Below, in pieces: positions 56,027 to 64,000 of a stretch of 64,000 nt of DNA. Source of the DNA: Oscillospiraceae bacterium (GTDB lineage Bacteria; Bacillota; Clostridia; Oscillospirales; Ruminococcaceae); contig JAZQOZ010000147.1 of the NCBI GenBank assembly GCA_045628085.1, positions 3,439 to 67,438 on the forward strand. The letters run 5' to 3'. The stretch's first letter is position 1. Every line of letters starts with the position of its first letter. The notes under the pieces were generated by a model that worked only from the letters and a program-made list of their open reading frames with translations, searched no databases and was not told the DNA's origin. The position numbers and the translations under genes are program-made.

Positions 56027-56647
56027 CTATTGGCTGAAAAATTGTATTACGGCGTCCTTTGCCGCATTGTGATCGGGCAGCGCCGCGAAATATGCCTTCA
56101 GCGCCGCATCAACACGCTTGATATATTGTCCGATCGCCGCGCCGATCGCCTGCGCAGATGCATCCTGCCCTGCCCGAATGCGGAAGCGCCGGTTCCAGCA
56201 CCCCGACTCTACCTGAGCATCCTCCGGCTGACACATCCCGTATGCGCATTCCGTCTGCGACCAAAGCGTAAAGAATATTTCCGCTTCATCCAGCAGCGAT
56301 TGATTCTGCGTCCGGAACGACGCGTGTATCACGCCGATCGCCTGCTCCGGCTGACGGAACAGCTCCACGCGATAGCGTATGGTCGGCTTATAGCGATACC
56401 GCAGCGGACTGCGGATAATCAGCATACCGTCCGTCGCCTGTTCCTGAAGCTGAAACAGTCCCGTCATCTGCTCGGAAAGTGTTTGCAGAATATCTGCCAT
56501 ACGGCGTTCCGGCGTAACATAGCCGACCGCCTCTGCCAAAAGCTGATTGATCAGATTGGAACGGCTCGTGCCGCGTGCATACGCCATGCGGTCAACGGCT
56601 TCCACCACATCTTCGGATAACACAAGGCTGTATACTGCCTTCTTCAT
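56027..56647 (-). CDS. ribbon-helix-helix (CopG/Arc-like) N-terminal domain protein with an unknown 150-aa C-terminal domain
   Basis: KKAVYSLVLSEDVVEAVDRMAYARGTSRSNLINQLLAEAV fits a beta-strand / helix / helix RHH pattern. GAGGTGG RBS. It is the first gene after promoter 56681-56708. Confidence 0.65.
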   Translation of the reverse strand: MKKAVYSLVLSEDVVEAVDRMAYARGTSRSNLINQLLAEAVGYVTPERRMADILQTLSEQMTGLFQLQEQATDGMLIIRSPLRYRYKPTIRYRVELFRQPEQAIGVIHASFRTQNQSLLDEAEIFFTLWSQTECAYGMCQPEDAQVESGCWNRRFRIRAGQDASAQAIGAAIGQYIKRVDAALKAYFAALPDHNAAKDAVIQFFSQ

Positions 56648-56680
56648 CACCCTGCCACCTCTTTTCTATGTTCTAATAAC

Positions 56681-56708
56681 ATTATACTCGGATTATAGAA
56701 CTTGTCAA
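56681..56708 (-). promoter_or_regulatory. sigma-A type promoter for the RHH gene / small gene / clpB operon
   Basis: Reverse strand TTGACA-16 nt-TATAAT. It is flanked by an imperfect inverted repeat, GTTCTAAT...ATTATAGAAC. Confidence 0.55.
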
Positions 56709-56747
56709 TAGGATTATATAATATTTCACACAAGTTTCACATAAGGA

Positions 56748-56776
56748 TTGACGTTTGCAGGATTTTGTGGTATACT
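56748..56776 (+). promoter_or_regulatory. sigma-A type promoter (extended -10) for the alaX-like gene
   Basis: TTGACG-17 nt-(TGG)TATACT. Confidence 0.55.
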
Positions 56777-56831
56777 ATATAAGGTTATAAAGATTACAGT
56801 CCCGTTTGCAGGGCAGAAAAGAGGTTTCTTC

Positions 56832-58007
56832 ATGCAAACTGAAAAACTATACGATAAAGACGCTTATCTGCGTAATTTTACTGCAACAGTTCTCTCCTGT
56901 GAACCGATTGCCGATGCAAAAAAACGTACCGATGATGCCGAATATGCCGTAATTCTCGACCGTACTGCTTTCTTTCCGGAAGGCGGCGGTCAGACTGCCG
57001 ATACCGGCAATCTCGGGAATGCCGTTGTCTGCGATGTGCAGGAGATCAACGGCGAGATCGTGCATTTCGTAGATGTTCCGCTGCCCGTCGGTGAGGAGCT
57101 TGCCGCCGAACTCGACTGGGAAGAACGCTTCCGCAAAATGCAGAATCATACCGGTGAACATCTGATCTCCGGCATCGTACACAATCAATTCGGGCTGGAT
57201 AATGTCGGCTTTCATCTCGGCACAGACGGCGTGACCGTTGATTTCAGCGGCGTTCTGACTGCTGCCGAACTCGAATTCGTTGAATACATCGCAAACCGCG
57301 TGGTCGGACTGAATGTCCCTGTAACGGTCAGCTACCCGACACCGGAAGAATGTGCCGCTATGGAATATCGTTCCAAACTCGACCTGAAAGAGAATATCCG
57401 CATCGTGACGATCGAGGGCTGGGATGTCTGTGCCTGCTGTGCGCCGCACGTTGCACATACCGGTGCGGTCGGCGGCATCAAGATCCTCTCCTGCGAAAAC
57501 TGGAAAGGCGGCATCCGCATCCGGATGCTCTGCGGAATGGATGCGCGTGACGATTATCATAAACGTCTTACCCAGACTGTCCGCATCTCGAATCTGCTCT
57601 CCTGCAAACAGCTCGAAGCTGCCGATGCCGTTGAGCGCCTGATGAAACAGTCGCAGGCAGAGCGTGAAGAAACTGCAAAACTGCGCCGTGCGCTTCTGGA
57701 CAGCAAAATTGCCGCCCTGAATGAAACGGACGGCAATCTGGTCATATTTGATGATATGCTTGATATGAATAATCTGCGCAATCTGGTCAATGCAGGAACA
57801 GAACGCTGCGGCGGTGTCTGCGCGGCATTTCAGGGCAATGATACGGACGGCTACCGCTATATCATCGGCAGTAAAAATGTGAAGCTGCGCGCATGGGCAA
57901 AAGATTTCAATTCTGCACTCAGCGGCAGAGGCGGCGGCTCTGAGGAAATGATCCAGGGTACTGTTACCGCCAAAGCAGACGATATCCGCGCTTTCCTCGC
58001 TGACTAA
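56832..58007 (+). CDS. AlaX-L type alanyl-tRNA editing protein (AlaRS second-additional-domain family)
   Basis: The start is MQTEKLYDKDAYL, after AAAAGAGG. Zinc and editing motifs HTGEHLISG and CCAPHV. 391 aa. Confidence 0.75.
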   Translation: MQTEKLYDKDAYLRNFTATVLSCEPIADAKKRTDDAEYAVILDRTAFFPEGGGQTADTGNLGNAVVCDVQEINGEIVHFVDVPLPVGEELAAELDWEERFRKMQNHTGEHLISGIVHNQFGLDNVGFHLGTDGVTVDFSGVLTAAELEFVEYIANRVVGLNVPVTVSYPTPEECAAMEYRSKLDLKENIRIVTIEGWDVCACCAPHVAHTGAVGGIKILSCENWKGGIRIRMLCGMDARDDYHKRLTQTVRISNLLSCKQLEAADAVERLMKQSQAEREETAKLRRALLDSKIAALNETDGNLVIFDDMLDMNNLRNLVNAGTERCGGVCAAFQGNDTDGYRYIIGSKNVKLRAWAKDFNSALSGRGGGSEEMIQGTVTAKADDIRAFLAD

Positions 58008-58452
58008 CGAACACCCTGCATAAACGCTTTTCCCCTGCCTGTTTGAAATGCTCAGATAATTTTAATCTGCACGCTCAATAGAACGGGAAGCGGAAATTGC
58101 ACCGCGCCCTGCGCGGCAGGAAGCAGAAATGGAAGCGGGCACTGCCCACAAAAAAAGTGGCTCCGCTGATGGCGCAGCAGAGCCGATTTCTTGAAGGTTG
58201 TAACAATGGATCAGTAAATGCACGTTCGATTGAAACACATTTCCACGTAAGATCTGCAATTCCTTTGCCGCGCCTGACTCGCTGCGCCGGTTTCGCTTCT
58301 CTTGACCATAGTATAACGGATACCGCCGCAAAAATCAATAGCAATCCATAATCTGTCAACGAAATCCCCCTGAATTGAGAGGAAGTTGTCACCCTTTTGC
58401 AACTTTTCCCGTAAGTTGTAACAAATCTATGATAAACGGGAGGCGTAAGCCT

Positions 58453-59385
58453 ATGATCCACATTTATAAAACCATTGACGGAAAGCTCTGTCAGCTTGAA
58501 AATGTCGAGGCAGGATGCTGGATTTCCTGCTATGAGCCGACACAGGATGAGATCCGGACACTCACCGAGACATTCGGTCTGGATACCGGCTTTGTCCGTT
58601 CATGTCTGGACGAGGAAGAATCTTCCCGTATCGAACGCGAGGACGGTCAGACACTGATCATCGTTGACACCGCCGTTGCCGAAAAACTTGAAAAAAGCGA
58701 TACGTTCCAGTTCTATACCGTTCCGCTTGGCATCATCAATACGGCTGACTGCGTGTTCACGATCTCTCTGCGCCGCAATCAGGTTCTCGGCGCAATGGCT
58801 GACGGCAAGATATCCAATATCCAGACACAGTTCCGGACACGGTTTATCCTGCAAATCCTCATGCAGATCTCCGCAGGCTTCGTCTTTTACCTCAAACAGA
58901 TCGACAAGATTTCCTATTCAATGGAACAAGGGCTGAGCGGTGCGATGAAGAATCAGGAGATCGTTCAGCTGATGGGACTGGAGAAATCTCTCGTTTACTT
59001 TACCACATCCCTGAAAGCCAATCTCGTCACGATCGAGAAGATCCAGCGCGGCAGAGCGCTTAAACTCTATCCCGAAGATGAAGACCTCATGGATGATGTC
59101 GGCATTGAGTTCCGGCAGGCAGTCGAGATGGCGACGATCTACAGCGGTGTTATTTCCGCTATGATGGATGCATTTTCCTATGTCATTGCCAATAATCAGA
59201 ATACTGTTATGTGGCGCTTGACAGTCATCACCGTTATCATTGAAATTCCGAATATTATCTTCGCATTCTACGGCATCAACACCGATACGCTGCCGCTGAA
59301 AAGCAGTTGGGTTTATTCGATCATCATTACGCTGATCCTGACCTCGATCGTAGCATTCTTCCTGCTGCGAAAAAAGAAATTCTGA
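58453..59385 (+). CDS. corA: CorA-family divalent cation transporter (2-TM GxN type, motif YGIN)
   Basis: The start is MIHIYKTIDGK, after GGGAGG. The C-terminal two TM segments carry FAFYGINTD in place of the canonical YGMN. Confidence 0.8.
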   Translation: MIHIYKTIDGKLCQLENVEAGCWISCYEPTQDEIRTLTETFGLDTGFVRSCLDEEESSRIEREDGQTLIIVDTAVAEKLEKSDTFQFYTVPLGIINTADCVFTISLRRNQVLGAMADGKISNIQTQFRTRFILQILMQISAGFVFYLKQIDKISYSMEQGLSGAMKNQEIVQLMGLEKSLVYFTTSLKANLVTIEKIQRGRALKLYPEDEDLMDDVGIEFRQAVEMATIYSGVISAMMDAFSYVIANNQNTVMWRLTVITVIIEIPNIIFAFYGINTDTLPLKSSWVYSIIITLILTSIVAFFLLRKKKF

Positions 59386-59430
59386 TAAAAACGGACACGC
59401 TGCATCTTCACAGCGTGTCCGTTTGGTTTT
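59386..59430. terminator. bidirectional terminator between corA and thrS
   Basis: 14-bp stem AAACGGACACGCTG / CAGCGTGTCCGTTT, with an A-run and a T-run on either side. Confidence 0.75.
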
Positions 59431-61363
59431 ATTTCGCTTTCGTAATAACCTCAGTGTTCAGCTTTGTGAATACATCATCCAGCTTCAGGCAGCCGAGTTC
59501 GCCCTCTTTACGGGAACGAACCGTCACGCCGTTCTCCTTGACCTCATTGTCACCGATGATAAGCATATACGGAATGCGGTCAAAACGTGCATTCTTGATC
59601 TTTGTTCCGATGTTTCTGTCCTCGGTATCGACCGTTACACGCATTCCGGCAGCAGTCAGCCTGTCCGCAAATGCCTTTGCGTATGCAGCGTGTTCATCAC
59701 CGATCGGCAGCAGACGAACCTGCTCCGGTGCAAGCCACAGCGGCAGAACACCAGCATATTTTTCAAGCATATATGCAAGTGTACGCTCAAAGCAGCCGAG
59801 CGATGTTCTGTGAATGATATACGGCAGCTTCTTCTGACCGTCCTTATCAATATAGTACATACCGAAACGCTCTGCAAGCAGCATATCGATCTGAATGGTA
59901 ACAAGCGTATCTTCCTTGCCGAATACGTTCTTGTACTGAACATCGAGCTTCGGACCGTAGAATGCAGCCTCGTCAATACCGACTTCATAATCCAGACCAA
60001 GATCATCGAGGATCTTTGCCATTGTCGCCTGCGCAAACTCCCACTGCTCCGCAGTACCCTCATACTTGTTCTTCGGGTTTGCCGGATCCCACTGGGAGAA
60101 GCGGAATGTGCAGTCTTCGAGCAGTCCGACCGTATCAAGGAAATACTTTGCCATTTCAAGGCAGAACTGGAATTCTTCTTCGAGCTGATCCGGACGAAGA
60201 ATGAAATGGCCCTCGGAGATCGTGAACTGACGAACACGGATCAGTCCGTGCATCTCGCCGCTGTCCTCATTGCGGAACAAAGTCGAGGTTTCAGTCAGAC
60301 GCATCGGCAGTTCCTTGTAGGAACGCTGCTTATTCAGATAAACCTGATACTGGAACGGGCAGGTCATCGGACGGAGTGCAAAGCATTCCTTTTCTTCATC
60401 ATAAGGATCGCCCATGACGAACATACCGTCCAGATAGTGATCCCAGTGACCGGAGATCTTGTAGAGATCACGCTTTGCGAAAAGCGGTGTCTTGGTAAGC
60501 TGACAGCCCTTGGACTGCTCATAGTCCTCAACCCAGCGCTGGAGCAGCTGAATGACTCTTGCGCCCTTCGGCAGCATGATCGGAAGTCCCTGACCGATGT
60601 AATCAACCGTTGTGAAATAGCCAAGCTCTCTGCCGATCTTATTGTGATCGCGGTTCTTTGCTTCTTCGAGCATATCAAGATGCTCCTTGAGCTGCTCCTT
60701 CTTCGGGAATGCAACACCGTAAACACGGGTAAGCTGCTTGTTATTCTGATCGCCCTTCCAGTATGCACCGGTGCAGGAAGTCAGCTTGAATGCCTTGACA
60801 AGACCTGTTGCAAAGAGGTGCGGGCCGACACAGAGATCGGTATATTCGCCCTGCTTGTAGAAGCTGATCGTTTCGCCCTCCGGCAGTTCCTCAATAAGCT
60901 GAACCTTATACGATTCGCCGCGCTCCTGCATCAGCTTGATCGCCTCATCTCTCGGCAGTGTGAAGCGTTCAAGGCGCAGATTTTCCTTGACGATCTTCTT
61001 CATCTCGGCTTCCAGTGCAGTCAGCGTATCTGCATTGAACGGCTTATCGGTATCGAAATCATAATAGAATCCGCGGTCGATCGCCGGGCCGATCGTCAGC
61101 TTGACATCCGGATACAGACGCTTGACCGCCTGTGCAAGGATATGTGCAGCGGTATGATTGAAGATATGTCTGCCTTCCTTATCCTCAAAAGTAAGAAGCT
61201 GAACATCCGCATCAGCGGTCATTTCTGCGGTCAGATCGGCAGGCTGACCGTTAACGAGCGCCGCGATATGCTCGCGCTCGATCACACCGGCTTCCTTTGC
61301 CGCATCATAGACGGTCACGGGAGCAGCACTCTCAAAGCTGCCGTTTGCAAACGTGATTTTCAT
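59429..61363 (-). CDS. thrS: threonine--tRNA ligase
   Basis: MKITFANGSFE...(TGS domain)...HTAAHILAQAV...class II core. Start trimmed to ATG 61363, with GGAGGG upstream. 644 aa. Confidence 0.95.
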   Translation of the reverse strand: MKITFANGSFESAAPVTVYDAAKEAGVIEREHIAALVNGQPADLTAEMTADADVQLLTFEDKEGRHIFNHTAAHILAQAVKRLYPDVKLTIGPAIDRGFYYDFDTDKPFNADTLTALEAEMKKIVKENLRLERFTLPRDEAIKLMQERGESYKVQLIEELPEGETISFYKQGEYTDLCVGPHLFATGLVKAFKLTSCTGAYWKGDQNNKQLTRVYGVAFPKKEQLKEHLDMLEEAKNRDHNKIGRELGYFTTVDYIGQGLPIMLPKGARVIQLLQRWVEDYEQSKGCQLTKTPLFAKRDLYKISGHWDHYLDGMFVMGDPYDEEKECFALRPMTCPFQYQVYLNKQRSYKELPMRLTETSTLFRNEDSGEMHGLIRVRQFTISEGHFILRPDQLEEEFQFCLEMAKYFLDTVGLLEDCTFRFSQWDPANPKNKYEGTAEQWEFAQATMAKILDDLGLDYEVGIDEAAFYGPKLDVQYKNVFGKEDTLVTIQIDMLLAERFGMYYIDKDGQKKLPYIIHRTSLGCFERTLAYMLEKYAGVLPLWLAPEQVRLLPIGDEHAAYAKAFADRLTAAGMRVTVDTEDRNIGTKIKNARFDRIPYMLIIGDNEVKENGVTVRSRKEGELGCLKLDDVFTKLNTEVITKAK

Positions 61364-61399
61364 AATGAATCCCTCCGTATTGTATTTGGTTCGGATCAC

Positions 61400-61645
61400 G
61401 GGCATAAAAATAACCGCACACCGAACAGTCATCACCTGTTCGGGGTACGGGTTTGTCCAAGTATATTATGGTACAAACGCGCACGGTTCCACCCGAGCGT
61501 TTCCTCATTCCCATGCTCTTTCGCAGCAGCGGTGGTACCGGAAAAAAGATCATCGGATGCCTTTCAGCGAATCAGCATCCTCTCTGTCAGACGAGCGCTT
61601 TTTTTCGACTTGTCCTCTGCTTTCGTATGCGAAAGCCTCTGATTA
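61400..61645 (-). ncRNA. T-box leader (tRNA-sensing riboswitch) of thrS
   Basis: The minus strand carries AACGCTCGGGTGGAACCGTGCG, matching the T-box consensus AANNNGGGUGGNACCGCG. A terminator follows: CCGAACAG-GTGATGA-CTGTTCGG plus a T-rich tail. The Stem I base is AATCAG...CTGATT with AGAGG. ACA (Thr) triplets occur in both Stem I arms. I cannot assign the specifier by eye. Confidence 0.75.
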
Positions 61646-61650
61646 GTTTT

Positions 61651-61679
61651 ATTATACGCATCTGCATGAAATTTGTCAA
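61651..61679 (-). promoter_or_regulatory. consensus sigma-A promoter for the thrS leader
   Basis: Reverse strand TTGACA-17 nt-TATAAT. Confidence 0.7.
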
Positions 61680-61867
61680 GCTGTTTTGCTGCATTTTGAT
61701 ATTTTCGTGATTTTTCACAGATTCCTGCTGTATCATATTCTCACTTTATTATCATATTATGTTCACAAAATATTCAGCATCGTTTCAGTTATCTATTCTA
61801 TAATAGAAATTGGATAGAAAAAGATGATACAAAGATTCTGTATTTCCGCCATGAAAGGATGAATCGG

Positions 61868-64000
61868 ATGAAAAACAACAAGAAAAACAGAAAAGCACCG
61901 GCAGTCATTGCCGTTTCTGCATTGGCGCTGACGCTCTCTGTTCCGGTGGTTGCGGCAGTTGTCAAGGGCGATGTCAACGGGGACGGCAAAGTCAGCATCG
62001 CGGATATCGTCATGCTCTGCAAATATCTTGTGACAGACGGCACTGTTACGGACGAATCTGCTGCCGATTATAACGAGGACAGTCAGATCAACGCGGCTGA
62101 CCTCACAGGCTTGAAACGCGCAGTCATGAATACAGGTCAGCAGACATCATCTGACGGTCTTGTCACCGCTGTCACTTTTTCGGACAGCGCAGTGACGCTG
62201 ACAAATGCTGACGGCAAACAGATCTCTGCGGAACAGGCTGGAAATATCACTGTCACAGACGGCACGGTCATCACGATCACGCAGCCCTGCGAACTTGATA
62301 TTGACGGCGAATGTGCAAACGGTCAGATCTGCGTCAATGTTGATAAAACCGCATATCCGGACGGGCAGGTCACGCTGAATCTCCGCGGACTGACGCTCAC
62401 GAATCAGAAAGATTCTCCGGTCTATGTCGCATCCATTGCAGATGAATGCGTCATAACCGTGAAAAAGGATACCGTCAATACGCTCACGGACGGCAAGGAG
62501 TATCAGAACGCAGACGGTGACGCCGGCGTGATCTATTCCTGCGACGATCTCAAATTCAAGGGCAAGGGCACACTCATTATCAACGGTCAATGCGCAGACG
62601 GTATTGTATCCAAGGATGATATCAAGATCTGGAACGGCGATATCCAAGTCAATGCGCTTGATGACGGCATCCGCGGCAAGGACTCTGTCCGCATCGGCGA
62701 TCCGGATGCAAAGGAAGGCTATGACGATCTGAAACTGACCGTCAAAACCGAACAGGGTGACGGTATCAAATCCACAAGCACCACAACTGAGAAAACAGAC
62801 GGTACAGCAGTCAATCAGGGATTCGTCCGCATCAACGGCGGTACAGTCGATATCGACTCATATCTGGACGGTATTCAGGGTGAACAGTCTGTCGAGATCA
62901 ACGGCGGTGACATCACGATCAAAACCTATACCGGTTCTTCCTTTACCGGAAGCAGCACCGGCGGTCAGCAGCAGGGCGGCTGGGGCGGCTTCGGCGGCGG
63001 CGGCGGTTTCGGCGGAATGAATGACGGAAATCCCAATAAAACCGATGTTTCCGCAAAAGGAATCAAGGCAGTCGGTATCTTCGATGAAGCCGGTACAACA
63101 TGGCAAAGCGGCGGCGATATCATCGTCACGGGCGGACATATCACAGTCGATTCCTCAGACGATGCGCTCCATTGCGGCGGCAGCATGACGCTGACCGGCG
63201 GCATTTTCAATATCGCATCCGCAGATGACGGTTTCCATTCCGATCACGATCTCACGATCGGCACGGAAAATGCCGGAACGTATGACGATGTGCAGATCTA
63301 TATTTCCAAAGGCTATGAGGGCATCGAGGGTGTCAATATCTATCAGAACAGCGGTACGGTCTATGTCGTTACGACCGATGACGGCTACAATGCGGCAGGC
63401 GGCGCGGACAGTTCCGGTCAGGGCGGCGGCAATCCGTGGGGCGGCGGCTTCATGAGCTCAACCTATGGTGAATTATGGCTGCGCGGCGGTCTGGTCGTGG
63501 TCAATTCGGCAAACGGCGACCATGACGGATTTGATTCCAACGGACCTATCAATATCTCCGGCGGCTATTATTTCTGCAACGGTCAGGATCCACTGGACAG
63601 CGGCGACGGCTATTCGATCACCCAGACCGGCGGCACGTATGTCACCATGACGGCAGGCAATACCAGCCTCGTCACAACTTATACCATTAAAGATGCATCC
63701 GGCAATGCCGTTGCAACATTCAAATGGGCTGGCGGTACGGCAGGCATTTCTTCAAAGGATAATTCGACTGCATATTCCGGTACAACGGTTTCCGGCGGTA
63801 CAGAGATCCTCTCCGACTGCCCATACGGTGTCACGCTCGGCGGTACGGTTTCCGGCGGTACACAGATCACCGCAGCAGCATCGTCCGGCGGAATGGGCGG
63901 TCCCGGCGGCAGACGGCGGCCGGATGAGATTCAGCCGGATGAGATATCTCCGGAAGATATGCCGTCTGACGAAATGCAGCCCGATGATATGCCGCCTGAC
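61868..64000 (+). CDS. secreted Cthe_2159-like beta-helix carbohydrate-binding protein with N-terminal dockerin (3' end beyond the window)
   Basis: It is missing from the ORF track because it has no stop before position 64000. My translation reads MKNNKKNRKAPAVIAVSALALTLSVPVVAAVVKGDVNGDGKVSIADIVMLCKYLV...NEDSQINAADLTGLKRAV (dockerin). Repetitive turns follow (GDGIKS, DGIQGE, DDALHCGG, DDGFHSD, DGFDSNG), with Gly-rich inserts and a C-terminal PDE/PDD-rich linker. Confidence 0.8.
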   Translation, partial: MKNNKKNRKAPAVIAVSALALTLSVPVVAAVVKGDVNGDGKVSIADIVMLCKYLVTDGTVTDESAADYNEDSQINAADLTGLKRAVMNTGQQTSSDGLVTAVTFSDSAVTLTNADGKQISAEQAGNITVTDGTVITITQPCELDIDGECANGQICVNVDKTAYPDGQVTLNLRGLTLTNQKDSPVYVASIADECVITVKKDTVNTLTDGKEYQNADGDAGVIYSCDDLKFKGKGTLIINGQCADGIVSKDDIKIWNGDIQVNALDDGIRGKDSVRIGDPDAKEGYDDLKLTVKTEQGDGIKSTSTTTEKTDGTAVNQGFVRINGGTVDIDSYLDGIQGEQSVEINGGDITIKTYTGSSFTGSSTGGQQQGGWGGFGGGGGFGGMNDGNPNKTDVSAKGIKAVGIFDEAGTTWQSGGDIIVTGGHITVDSSDDALHCGGSMTLTGGIFNIASADDGFHSDHDLTIGTENAGTYDDVQIYISKGYEGIEGVNIYQNSGTVYVVTTDDGYNAAGGADSSGQGGGNPWGGGFMSSTYGELWLRGGLVVVNSANGDHDGFDSNGPINISGGYYFCNGQDPLDSGDGYSITQTGGTYVTMTAGNTSLVTTYTIKDASGNAVATFKWAGGTAGISSKDNSTAYSGTTVSGGTEILSDCPYGVTLGGTVSGGTQITAAASSGGMGGPGGRRRPDEIQPDEISPEDMPSDEMQPDDMPPD

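Noticed and set aside
58008-58452. M-box (ykoK) Mg riboswitch upstream of corA.
   Set aside because: The conserved M-box blocks (GUUAGGUGAGGCUCC and GCUAAAGCUCUACG-like) are absent on both strands.
61525-61545. T-box-like GGTGGTACCGG on the plus strand.
   Set aside because: GGTACC is palindromic, and the segment lies inside the minus-strand thrS leader. The downstream plus-strand gene is a dockerin protein, not an aminoacyl-tRNA-related gene. The better T-box match (GGGTGGAACCGTGCG) with its terminator is on the minus strand.
59423-61642. 739-aa plus-strand ORF, the longest in the track.
   Set aside because: It lies exactly antisense to thrS and its T-box leader. The translation is Cys/Arg/Leu-rich with no recognisable domain. 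The minus-strand frame gives a textbook ThrRS. It is a shadow ORF produced by codon bias.

Overview
The window looks like a chromosomal segment of a cellulosome- or amylosome-bearing Clostridia member (Ruminococcus/Oscillospiraceae-like). The evidence is about 50% GC, Gram-positive RBSs, many exact TTGACA-N17-TATAAT promoters, and four secreted proteins with dockerin modules. I found no rRNA, tRNA, CRISPR array, transposase or integrase.

Content in order:
- 1-2.2 kb: gatC-gatA-gatB.
- 2.4-3.8 kb: a MATE exporter.
- 4-26 kb: a roughly 22-kb Wzx/Wzy-type polysaccharide locus. It carries rfbA/rfbB, two DegT aminotransferases, a phosphoglycosyl transferase, a GT2, an EpsG-like polymerase, a flippase, an acetyltransferase and galE.
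- 5.8-13.9 kb, inside that locus: an unusual eight-gene organic-acid or phosphonate-like tailoring module. It has a Fe-S hydro-lyase beta/alpha pair, a CitE/HpcH-like lyase, an unassignable 300-aa protein, a phosphonopyruvate-decarboxylase-type ThDP enzyme, an aldo-keto reductase, an MmgE/PrpD protein and an ATP-grasp ligase. No PEP mutase is recognisable.
- 26.2-27.9 kb: an orphan TRAP DctM-like permease.
- 28.2-29.4 kb: a dockerin-bearing C39-like peptidase.
- 30.6-39.6 kb: a xyloside/xylose locus (ABC importer, xylA, GH3, AraC regulator).
- 42.4-45.4 kb: an orphan phage tail-fibre/endolysin remnant.
- 45.8-49.3 kb: a heterodimeric ABC exporter.
- 49.4-52.9 kb: an ECF sigma / membrane partner / dockerin-protein unit.
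- 53-56.7 kb: clpB preceded by two small co-operonic genes.
- 56.8-61.7 kb: an alaX-like gene, a corA-like gene, and thrS with a T-box leader.
- 61.9 kb to the window end: a Cthe_2159-like beta-helix dockerin protein.

All family calls rest on motifs I recognised by eye in the translations. No searches were run.
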